The notes beneath the pieces were generated by a model. It made no database searches and was not told the DNA's origin. It saw nothing but the letters and a program-made list of their open reading frames with translations. Below, piece after piece: positions 50,598 through 61,077 of a DNA stretch of 64,000 bases. How positions within the stretch are numbered: the first letter of the stretch is position 1; the number at the start of each line of letters is the position of its first letter. The position numbers were made by a program, and so were the translations under genes. The stretch comes from a virus: the IMG/VR virus record IMGVR_UViG_3300045988_174698; one strand, written 5' to 3'.

Positions 50598-50715
50598 ATT
50601 TCGTTTAAAGGAGGGGGGGGCTTTTAGTGCTCAGCCTTAAATCTAGTTCCATCCGAGCGCCTCCGCGAAGCGAGGATGCATATAGTATATAGATAGATAT
50701 CAAATTAACATCACT

Positions 50716-50789
50716 TATGTATTAACCTAACATCAGTATGTATCGTGTCAATGTATCAATCTGACATCGGTATGTATCAATCTGACATC
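50716..50789. repeat. direct repeats (ATGTATCAATCTGACATC core, two perfect 18-bp copies plus degenerate copies), upstream of initiator-like gene 2
   Basis: Perfect copies at 50751-50768 and 50772-50789. Related copies start at 50716 and 50737. About 115 bp before the ATG at 50906. A near-palindromic TACAAAtatTTTGTA lies at about 50843. Confidence 0.55.
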
Positions 50790-50905
50790 ACATGCTGTAT
50801 TACAATATTAATAATTATTTATACAAATTATATAAAATAATATACAAATATTTTGTATATTGTAATATTATTCATATTTTTGTACTATAATTAAAATAAC
50901 TAATT

Positions 50906-51688
50906 ATGGAAGAGAAAAAAATATCAAAACAACATATTCAAGTTCCACATAATCTAGGAGAAAGAAATGAGGAAATAAAAATAAAAATGAATCCAACAGA
51001 TTATCTTGTATATGGTTATTTACGTAAATTTATGAATAAAGATACTTATCAAACGCTTGTGTCTTTAAGAAAGTTAGCCAATTTAGTAGATGTATCTATT
51101 AACACTGTACAAGCTAGTATTAAAAAGTTAAAAGAAGCAGGAGAGATTAAGGTTTTGGAAGAAAAAAATGGTAGAAGTAATATATATGAAATACAGAAAG
51201 GCAGTAAATATTTTGAACGATTTACTTTTGAATTTTTAGATTTAGATGATAATATTCTTAAACCTGAAGATAAGGGAGTTCTGTTAGCGATGCAACAATA
51301 TAGTGATACTTCTAGCGGAACATTTGCCATTAATACTAGTTCTAATAGAGAGTTATCTAAAAAGTTACATATTGGGACTAGAGCCTTATCAAGTGTATTT
51401 CAGAGACTTGAAGATAGAGGCATTTTAACTACAAAACCTCTTACTACCAGAGATTCTATCACAGGATTAAATAAAACTGCTAAATATATAGATTTATCTA
51501 TTATTTGCCAAGCTATATTATTTATCAATAAAAAAGTAGATGAACAAGGTGAACAGATTAATGAGCATGATAAGAGGCTACATACTGTAGATAAAAATAT
51601 TCTTAAAATGCAAGAAGAGATAAACAGACTAAAAGAAATTATTGAAAAGAGTAATTTAAAAGAGTCATCAGGCTTTAAATTTGAATAA
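50906..51688 (+). CDS. winged-helix DNA-binding initiator-like protein, paralog 2
   Basis: 260 aa. FERFTFEFLDLDDN...QQYSDTSSGTFAINTSSNRELSKKLHIGTRAL aligns with paralog 1. C-terminal coiled coil. The minus-strand ORFs 51049..51330 and 51400..51717 are antisense. Confidence 0.5.
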   Translation: MEEKKISKQHIQVPHNLGERNEEIKIKMNPTDYLVYGYLRKFMNKDTYQTLVSLRKLANLVDVSINTVQASIKKLKEAGEIKVLEEKNGRSNIYEIQKGSKYFERFTFEFLDLDDNILKPEDKGVLLAMQQYSDTSSGTFAINTSSNRELSKKLHIGTRALSSVFQRLEDRGILTTKPLTTRDSITGLNKTAKYIDLSIICQAILFINKKVDEQGEQINEHDKRLHTVDKNILKMQEEINRLKEIIEKSNLKESSGFKFE

Positions 51689-51692
51689 AAAT

Positions 51693-51902
51693 ATGGATCA
51701 ACAGAAAAACTTACCATTTAGTTTTAATCCTATTAGTTTAGAAGGTATAGGAGACGATTACAGTATTATCATAGATACAGGTAGAGATCATTTAGATAGA
51801 TTTAAAACAAGGGAAGAGGAGAGATTAGATGAGCTCTACGATAGAGTAGAGAAGTTAGAATATAGGATTGTAGAACTAGAAAACAGGTTAAGGAATAGAT
51901 AA
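51693..51902 (+). CDS. small coiled-coil protein
   Basis: The track ORF starts at a TTG (51681); the first ATG is at 51693. C-terminus EERLDELYDRVEKLEYRIVELENRLRNR. Confidence 0.3.
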   Translation: MDQQKNLPFSFNPISLEGIGDDYSIIIDTGRDHLDRFKTREEERLDELYDRVEKLEYRIVELENRLRNR

Positions 51903-51987
51903 GTTATTATTACTGAATAGTAGAATATTATTTGTTTTTGTTAAAAAAAAATGTTATATTTGCGAAATAAAAAGTAAATATACTAAT

Positions 51988-54240
51988 ATGGATATAACCT
52001 ACAAACCGTATATTAGAGATTCTTCATTTAAAGAATTATCTATTAAAAGTCCTACTATTAATATTAAAGGATACAAACCTAAATATACTATTAAACAAGA
52101 TAAAGAGGAGACAATTACTCCAGTAGAGTCTCCAATAGAAGAGATACAAATGCATAAGAAACCTAAGATTAAAGAGGCAACTGCAAAAGCCATAAGATTT
52201 GAATCTAAAGAGGAGTTTAAGGATACTATGATTCCAATATATGAGTCTCTCTTAGTTAAGAGGGGTTTAAATCCAGTATTTGCCAAAGCTTTAGTAGCTC
52301 AGGATGGATTAGAGTCTGCTTGAGGGTCTAAACCATCTGGAAATTTTAATTTTGGGGGGATTAAAGGTAAAGGGGCTATTAAAAGAACTAGAGAGGTTAT
52401 TAATGGTAAAGATGTCTATATAAATGATAGTTTTAGAGATTTTAATTCTCTAGAAGACTATGCTAATTTTAAGATTGACCTACTTAATAGTAATCGTTAT
52501 AATGCTTTCTCAGGGAATATTTCAGAGTTTGCAGATAGGGTTCAAAAAGGAGGATATGCCACAGATCCAAACTATTCTAGGACTTTAAACAAGGTAATTG
52601 CTACTGCTAAGTATGGTGGTACTCTTAAACTTCAACTAGGAGGTGTTGTTCAAGGCAAACAATGAGTTAAAAATTGATATAAAAATCGTACATTTCAGAT
52701 AAAAAGAAATATACAACAACATCAATTAATACCTATACCAGTTACAGGTGCCTTAGGGTATAATATTCTTGCGCATAATATAGATCTTACTACTGCCTCC
52801 ATAGATCCTTCTAGAGTTCCTACGGATTCTAAAGGTGTATATTCCTATGGAGGTCGTAAAATATATCTAAGAGATGACTCTCCTTCTACTGCTGTTCATG
52901 AATGAGTGCATAGTAGCAGGCCTGATCCTCAAGTTAAAGAGATAGCTAGAATTAAGAATTTACTAGGGGATGCTTTTTATGACCAAAACTCAGTTATACC
53001 TGATGATTATCTAGATGATCCACAAGAGATATATGCAAGATTAATGCAGTTTAGGTATGCCTTAGGAGTAGATCCGAATCATAAGTTCACTAATGAAGAA
53101 ATTGAAGACCTTAAAAAGAAGCATGTAAAACAAATAACTCTAACAAATAGACTTAAAGGGAAAGATCATAATAGTTTTTCTACTACGGTGTTTGATAATG
53201 AAGGTAATGTTATCAGTACAGAGCCTTATCAACCTGAGTATAAGTATATTCCAGAAGAATCTACTGTTCATAGAGAATATGATACAAATAATACTTTTCA
53301 GTTCTTAGATAGATATAGTACTGATAGTATTCGTAGGATGTTAAATGATGTTGCACAAGTTCCTAATAAAAAGAAAAATTCTACTTTATATATAAAATTA
53401 GGATTAAAGATACCTAAATATCAACATTCTGGAGTTTTAAGAAATGCTTATAATGACCCAGAACATTATTATGATTATTCTAAAGGATCATATGATCCTG
53501 ATACAGAACATTGATCAGGTAGAGATCCTGTAACTGGAATGGAATTAAAAAATCCAAACCATCCTACTGCATTTATGCACCATGAAGTAGAACAACAATT
53601 AGGGAATAAAAGATATCAAGATAGTAATGGTAGATACTATACATTTCCAAATGGTGAAGCTCCGATCTGAAGAAACGTATATGGCCCACTTTCTGAGACT
53701 CCAGGACTCAAAGAGGTAAAATATCCGAGTTATGGAAAAGGAAAAGCCAGTGTGGAAGAAGCTATAAAAGACAATCTCCCAAGAGTACAATGAATTTGAG
53801 ATCAATTAATTAGTGCAGGAGCATCTAAAGAGCAAGCAGCTGCTATATTGGGAAATTTCTGAAAAGAAAATCAAATTCAACCTTACGGTAAACCTTCAAG
53901 TAAAGGTGCTATGGGGCTTGCGCAACTTAAAGAAGGCAGATACGATAGATATATAGAATTTTTAAATAAAAATAAATTAATAGATAGTACTGAGTCTCAA
54001 ATAAAATATTTGTTACCTATTATTTTTACAGATGAAGTAAATCCTCATAATTTAGATAATTATAACTCTTTTTGAAATGATTGAACAAAATCACAAAGAG
54101 AGGCTTTTAGAACTGCGAAAGGTCTAGATGATCTTACAGTATCGTTTGCAGATAACTTTGAAAGAATGGGTAAAAAGGAAGCAGATTATGAGACTCGTAT
54201 AAATGCCGCGAGATATATTTACAACTTAATGGTAAAATAA
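51988..54240 (+). CDS. large multidomain peptidoglycan hydrolase (glucosaminidase/FlgJ-like plus phage tail-lysozyme-like domain), probably virion-associated
   Basis: One 750-codon frame with nine or more TGAs (frame checked; no TAA or TAG). It fuses track ORFs 51988..52323 and 52906..53514. ...LVAQDGLESA-W-GSKPSGNFNFGGIKG...ADRVQKGGYATDPNYSRTLNKV matches glucosaminidase (ESGWG...NLFGIK). ...AAAILGNFWKENQIQPYGKPSSKGAMGLAQL matches the phage tail-lysozyme domain. Confidence 0.65.
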
Positions 54241-54266
54241 TTATAAATAAATTTAATAAATACATA

Positions 54267-54518
54267 TATGTTTGCATTAAGAAAAATTACAAATGACGGT
54301 TTAGAAATGAATTTTAGTTTAGGAGACTCTTATACTTTAGTTATAAAAGAACGTTCTCCGAAAGAATTTGAAGATAAGATGAAAGATCATCCTTTTTATG
54401 ATAAAACTTATGCTTTTATTTATTGAAAAGATGAGATATTACCGTTATATAAAAATCAAAAAAACTATATTGTTTCTGAAAATGGGACAACTTATAGTAA
54501 CTTAACATATAAATAATA
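54267..54518 (+). CDS. hypothetical protein
   Basis: 83 codons with one TGA. Confidence 0.3.
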
Positions 54519-54709
54519 TGACAACAATGACTTGGAAAACAAAATTAATTATTGCCACAATCGTAATTGCTTTAGTATTAGCAGGTTGTGGCATTGTGTC
54601 AGCTATGAGCTTTGGAAGTTTGTTGCTTGCATTAGTAAGTTTAGCAGTAGGAGCGGGTTGTGGTTGGTATGCTAAGCATATCTATGATAAATATTTTAAA
54701 GGTAAGTAA
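54518..54709 (+). CDS. small two-TM membrane protein (holin-like)
   Basis: MTTMTWKTKLIIATIVIALVLAGCGIVSAMSFGSLLLALVSLAVGAGCGWYAKHIYDKYFKGK: two hydrophobic helices and a charged C-terminus. Confidence 0.35.
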   Translation: MTTMTWKTKLIIATIVIALVLAGCGIVSAMSFGSLLLALVSLAVGAGCGWYAKHIYDKYFKGK

Positions 54710-54712
54710 TAA

Positions 54713-55762
54713 ATGAATACAATATTTTTTGGGCAGAATGTTCCTATACAATCAGCAACAAAGGTTAAAATATATTATATCAATAAAACTAAACTTCCTA
54801 TTAAAGTCAGTATTCGTTGAAGAGATAGAGATGTTCTAAATTATACTACTGAAACTTTAAATCTACTAGCTGCGGGAATAGTTGAACAAACAGTAGCATT
54901 AAAAGAATTTGAATCAACCTCTGGAAAGGGTCTAGTAGTTGAGCCAATAACGAATGCAATTATCCAGTCTAGTACAACCTATCCTAATTTATTTATTAAA
55001 GCTACAGTAAAAGAGGTAGCAACAGGAGATACTATAGGGACATTTAACAAGGGAGGAACTATTAGTCCTATAATGGCTACAAAAGAGTATCAAGCAACTG
55101 TTACTTTTGAATATAATTCTGGAATTTATATCAATAGTACTGCTGCTAGTTATGTTCCTTCTGTTACCAGCAATCGCCCTACAATAACTGTATTTAGTGA
55201 TGCTGATTCATATGGTATTACTGGAATATTTACACAAGACACAGCAGTAACTTATGCTGATATAGAAGGAGATGGTTATACTCATTATATTAAAGTAAAT
55301 AACTGTAAGAATATTGCATTAGATAGATATATTAGTGGAACTAATTCTGGATCTAACTCTAGTATTAGTTATTCAGATTTATATCCAACGGATATAGGAA
55401 CAATAGATATCGGCAAAACTTTATTTTTATGAGTAAAATCATTTACATATGAAAAAGAATCTACTCCTACTCCTGATCCTTCAATTAGTTGTGATGTTTA
55501 TGTATGTAGTCGCAATAATTTAAATAACACAGAATGTAGTATAGATATATATGAGGGGTATGGAACAACAGGAGTTCGTTTAGCCAATCTATCACTGGCC
55601 CCTGGGGAAGGAAATTGAGTTTCATATCAAGGTGGATATAGAACATTCAGTTCCATACGTTTAAATTCGATTTTAAAGGGAACCCAGATAACTATCGCAT
55701 TAAATGGGTCTCAAGTAAGTGATTGAGTAAATGAAACAACTAAATATGTTTGAATTAATTAA
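54713..55762 (+). CDS. tail fibre / receptor-binding-like structural protein
   Basis: 349 codons with five TGAs (frame checked); includes track ORF 55073..55432. Ser/Thr/Gly/Asn-rich beta-like sequence (TITVFSDADSYGITGIFTQDTAVTYADIEGDGYTHYIKVNNCKNIAL). Confidence 0.4.
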
Positions 55763-55770
55763 AAATAAAA

Positions 55771-55799
55771 AGGGAGCTACTTAGCTCCCTTTTTATTTT
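55771..55799 (+). terminator. rho-independent terminator (usable on either strand)
   Basis: AGGGAGCT-actt-AGCTCCCT followed by TTTTTATTTT. Lies between the plus-strand structural gene and the minus-strand lysis cassette. Confidence 0.6.
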
Positions 55800-56168
55800 C
55801 ATATTGTTTTGCGCTTATAATAAAGCATACTAGACTTAGTAATATATATATAGGTTGCAGTACTTTAGTACTTGTTATAAAAAATATTCCCATAAATATC
55901 AATCCTATAACATATCAAAATTTATACATTTCCAAATTTTTTTAAAAAATCTCATAATGTGAGATTTGAATTTTTTATTGCATTTTGTTTTAAAGCATCC
56001 ATACTATCTTTTAGGTACACCTCCAAGTTTATCAGCTCATCTCTCTGAGAAAAACGAGTAATAAGATCTTTTAGACTTTGGGGTATGGACAGCTGCTCAA
56101 ATAATACTAGGCAGTCCTATAATTAGTAAATAGAGGGGGCCTAAATATAAAGATTGTCGAGTATGTCC

Positions 56169-56390
56169 TCATTCATGTTCTTTTGTGTAATTTCTGTTAT
56201 ATTTCCAACTTGATTCTCCCATTAAGATATATAATCCTAATGAAATACCTCCAGGAAAGTCTCCCGCATAAATTGGAATTTCCCTAAAAGTTTCTTTGTA
56301 CTCTACATTATAGCACCAAGTTAAAATAAGACCGAGAAGACACTGTGGAAATTCCCATATCCATCTCAGTATTTTAATATACCATTTCAT
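56169..56390 (-). CDS. hypothetical protein
   Basis: 73-aa ORF with a hydrophobic core. Confidence 0.25.
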   Translation of the reverse strand: MKWYIKILRWIWEFPQCLLGLILTWCYNVEYKETFREIPIYAGDFPGGISLGLYILMGESSWKYNRNYTKEHE

Positions 56391-56519
56391 ATAATATTTA
56401 ATTTATTATTTATAGTAAATTTGTTTAAATTGTTTTCAAAGTGAGTATTGAGCATCTATTGCTTCTTGTTCTCAAGGTCTTAACATATAATCCAATGAAG
56501 AATCAAACTGCTGTCCCTT

Positions 56520-56885
56520 TCATAAGAATACTAGTTTAGAGTCTTTTTTCACAAGTTCAAGATCTCTCCTTTCGTATTGATCAAAATGTTGCATTTCATG
56601 ACATATAATAGTACTAAGACTATCAGATAACTTAGTTTTTAATAATAGATTATATGTATGAGGCACTGGTGTTTTATCTAATAGAGCTTGTAGTTCACAT
56701 TCCTCAGTTGAAAATTTATTTAAGATTTTATCATTATATTGTACTAAGATATTTGCATTAGTATAGTCAAATATTTTAGTTCCTATGACTTTAATTAATT
56801 CCTCCACATCATATTGTTTTGGAGATTCAATTAATGAGGTTACTTTAAATGTCTCAGGGAACTCTAATTTAGATCTTTCCTTCAT
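56520..56885 (-). CDS. hypothetical protein with HExxH motif
   Basis: 121-aa ORF; IICHEMQHFDQYE contains HEMQH. Confidence 0.3.
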   Translation of the reverse strand: MKERSKLEFPETFKVTSLIESPKQYDVEELIKVIGTKIFDYTNANILVQYNDKILNKFSTEECELQALLDKTPVPHTYNLLLKTKLSDSLSTIICHEMQHFDQYERRDLELVKKDSKLVFL

Positions 56886-56916
56886 ATTATTTAAAAACTA
56901 GTTATTATAACCTCTA

Positions 56917-57354
56917 TTAAACTCGTAGTTCTCCATATTGGTTTCTCATTCTTGGAGATATTCCTAAATGTACCCATGTAGTAGACCCACTTTTTTCAAT
57001 AAAGCATTGATCTATAATGACTTTATTTCTAGTAAAATAATCTTTAATAAAGTTAAAGAAGTTTTCTACTCCTTTAACAGAAGTATCTTCAGGTTGTAAA
57101 TCTACTGCTTCATAGTATTGATGAGAGCTATTACTTACGCCCCCCACAGCTTTATTAAGGCTTGGCGATCTATATCCAGAAGTAATAGTAATAGCAGAGC
57201 CTCATGCTTCTCTTAATGGATCTAAATATTCTATAGCTAGTTTACTTAGTTTTTCTATTCCCTCTCATGTAGGTAGATTTTCTATTTTTTTACTAATAGC
57301 TGTATCACTTCTTAAAAGTTCACTTAATTCAAAATATTTAGGGGTATTTATCAT
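56917..57354 (-). CDS. peptidase M15 family lysin (L-alanyl-D-glutamate / D-Ala-D-Ala peptidase type)
   Basis: ORF 56917..57147 extends through two TGAs to ATG at 57352-57354 (frame checked). ...PLREAWGSAITITSGYRSPSLNKAVGGVSNSSHQYYEAVDL...TTWVHLG carries the M15 Zn-ligand pattern SGYR...H...D...H. Confidence 0.7.
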
Positions 57355-57455
57355 AATTTAATCTATAATATATAATTTACCAAATTTCTCTAAAATCATA
57401 TAAATATTTATTTGCGCTTTGATTTTCTTCCATGTCGTCATTTTTATACACCTCC

Positions 57456-57734
57456 TTACTTCTTATTTCATTTACGGCTATTGGCAGCAAATGTTGCTCG
57501 TTTTCTAATTGCTGGATCGGGGGATCTTTTGCCTTTAGCTATACACTCACTAGTTACTTTCCCACCACAATATTCTGTAAACTTACCTCTATTTTTCTTT
57601 TTAATATGAATCTTAGAACCTTTTTTCATCATTTCTATGTACCCACTTGTAATATTATCTAGTCCGAGATTGTTATGATACTCTGTACTATATACCTCTA
57701 CAATTTTGTTTAAAATGTCATTGTTATATTTCAT
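57456..57734 (-). CDS. hypothetical basic protein
   Basis: Track ORF 57468..57734 continues through one TGA (..ANSRKWNKK) to a TAA. Confidence 0.25.
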
Positions 57735-57902
57735 ACTTTATAAAATAATTAATAGGATTATTATCTAGTAATATATGTTTTTGCAAAAATAATTATTTAT
57801 TTAGATATTTGCAAGTATTTGGATAAATTATTTGGATATCAGAAAGATTTATTATATATTTGCATCATTCAAGTAAAATTATAAAGAGTTATATATATAA
57901 AT

Positions 57903-58595
57903 ATGGCAAAAACAAAACCTGATATAGATTCTGGACTTTCATGACTAGAAAGAATCCTACAATTATGTAAAGAGTATGGAGTATTTAATATTTTGAAGGG
58001 GTTATTTATTCTAATTATGTTAAGTTTAACACTTAGGATTTGTTACAATCCTAGTTTTTTATTTGACAAATATACTGACTACATGACTCAAAGACATGCG
58101 AAAGAGTTACATAAAAGGACAGAATATGATCAACAAATAAAAAGTCTCCTGCCTGTATATTTATATAAATATCATGCAGATAGGATATGAATTATTCAGT
58201 ACCATAATGGTATTATGGACTGACAACATGGAACTATGAGATTTGAATTATGTAATGATGAAGTTGAATCAATTAAAAATCAATATAATGATTTTAATCT
58301 AACCTGGATTAATCTTCCTTATTATTTAAAGACGAACGAAGTATTTATAGGGGATATGGTTAAATTAGATAGTATTGATTCAACTCTTTATACACAACTC
58401 AAAAAAAATAATGTACAATATTTAGCCTGTACAATTATAAAAGATAATAGTGGTTATCCAATTGGTATTTTAGGAGTGACTTGGAAAAATATTCCACCAA
58501 ATATTGATAGATTACAAAATAAAATACATAACTATCTTATAGATGATAGAGCAGATATTAAAACTCTTATCCAATCTAATTATAATAAAGAATAA
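57903..58595 (+). CDS. hypothetical membrane-anchored protein
   Basis: 230 codons with three TGAs; fuses track ORFs 57993..58190 and 58236..58595 (all in frame 0). Transmembrane helix LFILIMLSLTLRICY. Confidence 0.35.
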
Positions 58596-58604
58596 AAGTA
58601 TAAT

Positions 58605-59543
58605 ATGCCTAAACTTAGAGGGAGTAAATTAAAATATGTTAATGGGTATGCAGTAGATAAAGAAAATGATAATATTATATACTCTGATGAAAAGCATATT
58701 TATATGGATAAGACCGATAATTCGAAATATGAATCTGTAACGACAATAATAGGACAGTACTGTCAAAAATTTGATTCAGACTTTTGGTCATCATATAAAG
58801 CTTGTGAGGCGTTATTAGACCCCACAGTGTTTTACCCATTAAAATCAAAACTTCTTTCTTCTAAAAAATGAAAGGAGTCTTATATTGAAGAATATGGATT
58901 AGATCCTGTTGAATTTCTAAATAAGAAATCTGAAATCCTACAAAGTTATGAAGATAAGAGGAATGCTAGTACGGAACGTGGTACTAAAATTCATGCTATG
59001 ATGGAAGATCTATTTTATCAAGGGGATAAAAAGGCAATAAGCAAATATGCAGGAGGAGGAACTTTTGAGGTAAAGAAGGGATATTATAAACTAGATATTG
59101 ACAGGGCAATTTATCCTGAGTTTCTTATAAGTTATGAATTTGACGAATACTTAAAGATTGCTGGTCAAATAGATTATTTACAGATAAGTGATAATGAGAT
59201 AGTTTTGTTAGATTGAAAGACTAACGGTAAGATTGATAAAGAGTCTTATTTTGATAGAACTACTAAGAAAAGACAGATGATGCTCTCACCATTAGAAAAT
59301 ATTATGGATTGTAATCTATGTCACTATCAGTTACAACTTAGTATGTACGCATATCTTCTTCAGAAGATTAATCCTAAATTCAAAATAAAAAAGCTAGCAA
59401 TTGTTCATTTTGATCACGACGGTAATGAAACTGAATATGAAGTAAAATATTTAAAAGATGATATTGCCAGACTTCTTTTATATCATAGGAAGAAGAATAA
59501 AATAAAAGCAGAACTTGATAGAGACAAACCAATAGTATTTTAA
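58605..59543 (+). CDS. PD-(D/E)XK nuclease (RecB/YqaJ/Cas4-like fold)
   Basis: 312 codons with two TGAs; fuses three track ORFs in frame 0. ERGTKIHAMMEDLF...GQIDYLQISDNEIVLLDWKTNGK gives the D...(D/E)xK core, with W from TGA in the usual DYKT position. Confidence 0.5.
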
Positions 59544-59549
59544 AATATA

Positions 59550-59789
59550 ATGATTATGGAAAATGTAGATGATTTATATGAAAATAGAATGAAGATTTGC
59601 AAAGAATGTCCTCTATATCTAGATAGTCCTATGGGAGCTAGATGTAATTCTAGGCTATATTTATCCGAAGCTGATAAAAAGACAGTAAGTGATAGACCCA
59701 AATTAGGATATAAAAGAGGTTGTAACTGCATGTTACAGAGAAAATTACGTATGCCCGCTGCAAAATGTGTTGTAGGGAAATGATAAGAT
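59550..59789 (+). CDS. small Cys-rich (zinc-ribbon-like) protein, paralog 1
   Basis: CKECPLY...ARCNS...GCNCMLQ. Ends W(TGA)-TAA. Confidence 0.3.
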
Positions 59790-59791
59790 TT

Positions 59792-60010
59792 ATGAGAAAA
59801 ATATTACATACAATTAAAAATATTATAATAGGGTGATATCGTAGATTCTTTAAACCTATCCCTGATTGAGCTGAAAGAAGATATAAGGTATGTTTAAACT
59901 GTCCTCATAAAGAAAAATTATTTGGAGAATACTGATGTACTTTATGTGGATGTAATTGCTATAGTAAATCATTAGTAGAAGATGAACAATGTTATGATAA
60001 TAGATGATAA
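59792..60010 (+). CDS. small Cys-rich (zinc-ribbon-like) protein, paralog 2
   Basis: 72 codons, five of them TGA: MRKILHTIKNIIIGWYRRFFKPIPDWAERRYKVCLNCPHKEKLFGEYWCTLCGCNCYSKSLVEDEQCYDNRW. The ORF track misses it entirely. Confidence 0.3.
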
Positions 60011-60037
60011 TGTATAATTTTAAAATAATAATGAATT

Positions 60038-60562
60038 ATGAGTAAAGAAAAGTATCTAGGAACTGATTACTATCAGTTAACAGGAAAACATTTAATGGGC
60101 AATAATATTAAACGTGAAATTGATCCTGAAGCACTTAAAAGGGCACAAGAAAAATCAGAAAGAGATCAAATGGAGTATGTAGCTAATTTAATGGCAAAAG
60201 ATAAAGATTGCAAACCATATGAGAATAAGAAAATTGTTCCTACGGCAGGTAGAGTAGTTGTATTACCTTACGAAAAGAATCCTTATCGTTTACCATTACA
60301 TGAAACCACCTCTGGACTTATCTTAGGTGATTTTGAAACATCTGCAACATATAAATCACAGGAAACTGGAGAACAAGAAGCCTCACAGCGTGGTATTTGG
60401 TGTTGTAAAGTTATTGCTGTTGGTAATGAATGTAAAAGTGTATTAGAAGGGGAAGATGTATATATTAATTTTACATTAGCTGCGCCACTCCCCTTTGGTG
60501 GAAAAGGATACTATACAATCAGTGAAAATAATATTATTTGTAGTATAAGAGATAATGAATAA
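60038..60562 (+). CDS. GroES/Hsp10-like co-chaperonin fold protein
   Basis: KIVPTAGRVVVLPYEK...TTSGLILGD...CKVIAVGNECKSVLEGEDVYINF follows the GroES pattern (KPLxDRVLV...TxSGIVLP...GxVVAVG...VKxGDxVLF) after an N-terminal extension. Confidence 0.45.
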   Translation: MSKEKYLGTDYYQLTGKHLMGNNIKREIDPEALKRAQEKSERDQMEYVANLMAKDKDCKPYENKKIVPTAGRVVVLPYEKNPYRLPLHETTSGLILGDFETSATYKSQETGEQEASQRGIWCCKVIAVGNECKSVLEGEDVYINFTLAAPLPFGGKGYYTISENNIICSIRDNE

Positions 60563-60590
60563 GATGCACTAAAGGTGAATATAAAAAGTT

Positions 60591-60842
60591 ATGGATATGA
60601 ATGAAAATTTGAATAAAGAAGGTAACTCATACCTATTTTACACCCCTGGTCAGCTTGTAACCTTAAAACATAAGGAGCTAAATTCTCCAATAATGCTTAT
60701 TCAAGAGAAAGTTACAAGGCAGTTTAAACAGGGAGATCAGATGTATAATATCTTCAAGGGTATGAAATGTATTTGATTTGATAAAAATAATGTGCTGCAA
60801 GAAGCAGTATTTTCAACAAAAGATTTGGAATTATATAAATAA
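60591..60842 (+). CDS. hypothetical protein
   Basis: Track ORF 60591..60776 extended through one TGA. Confidence 0.25.
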
Positions 60843-60850
60843 ACAATCAT

Positions 60851-61076
60851 ATGACTTTACAAATTGATGGATTTATAGTTACAGGGACGCCTGATGAGGT
60901 AAATACTTTTATTAAACTGTATCAGGTAAAACAATATACCATTGTTAATTCCCAACAACCAATTATACCATTATATTATTCCCCTGATACTGATATTAAA
61001 AAGTGAGAGATAACTTGTAAAGATAGTAGTAATATTAGTAGTAATATTAATGGTAGTGTAGTTAAACCAGAATAAG
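60851..61076 (+). CDS. hypothetical protein
   Basis: 75 codons with one TGA. Confidence 0.25.
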
Positions 61077-61077
61077 T

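Noticed and set aside
51049-51717. Minus-strand ORFs 51049..51330 and 51400..51717
   Set aside because: Antisense to initiator-like gene 2; Ser/Leu/Ile-rich and low complexity.
57412-57662. Plus-strand ORFs 57412..57609 and 57432..57662
   Set aside because: Antisense to the minus-strand gene 57456..57734.
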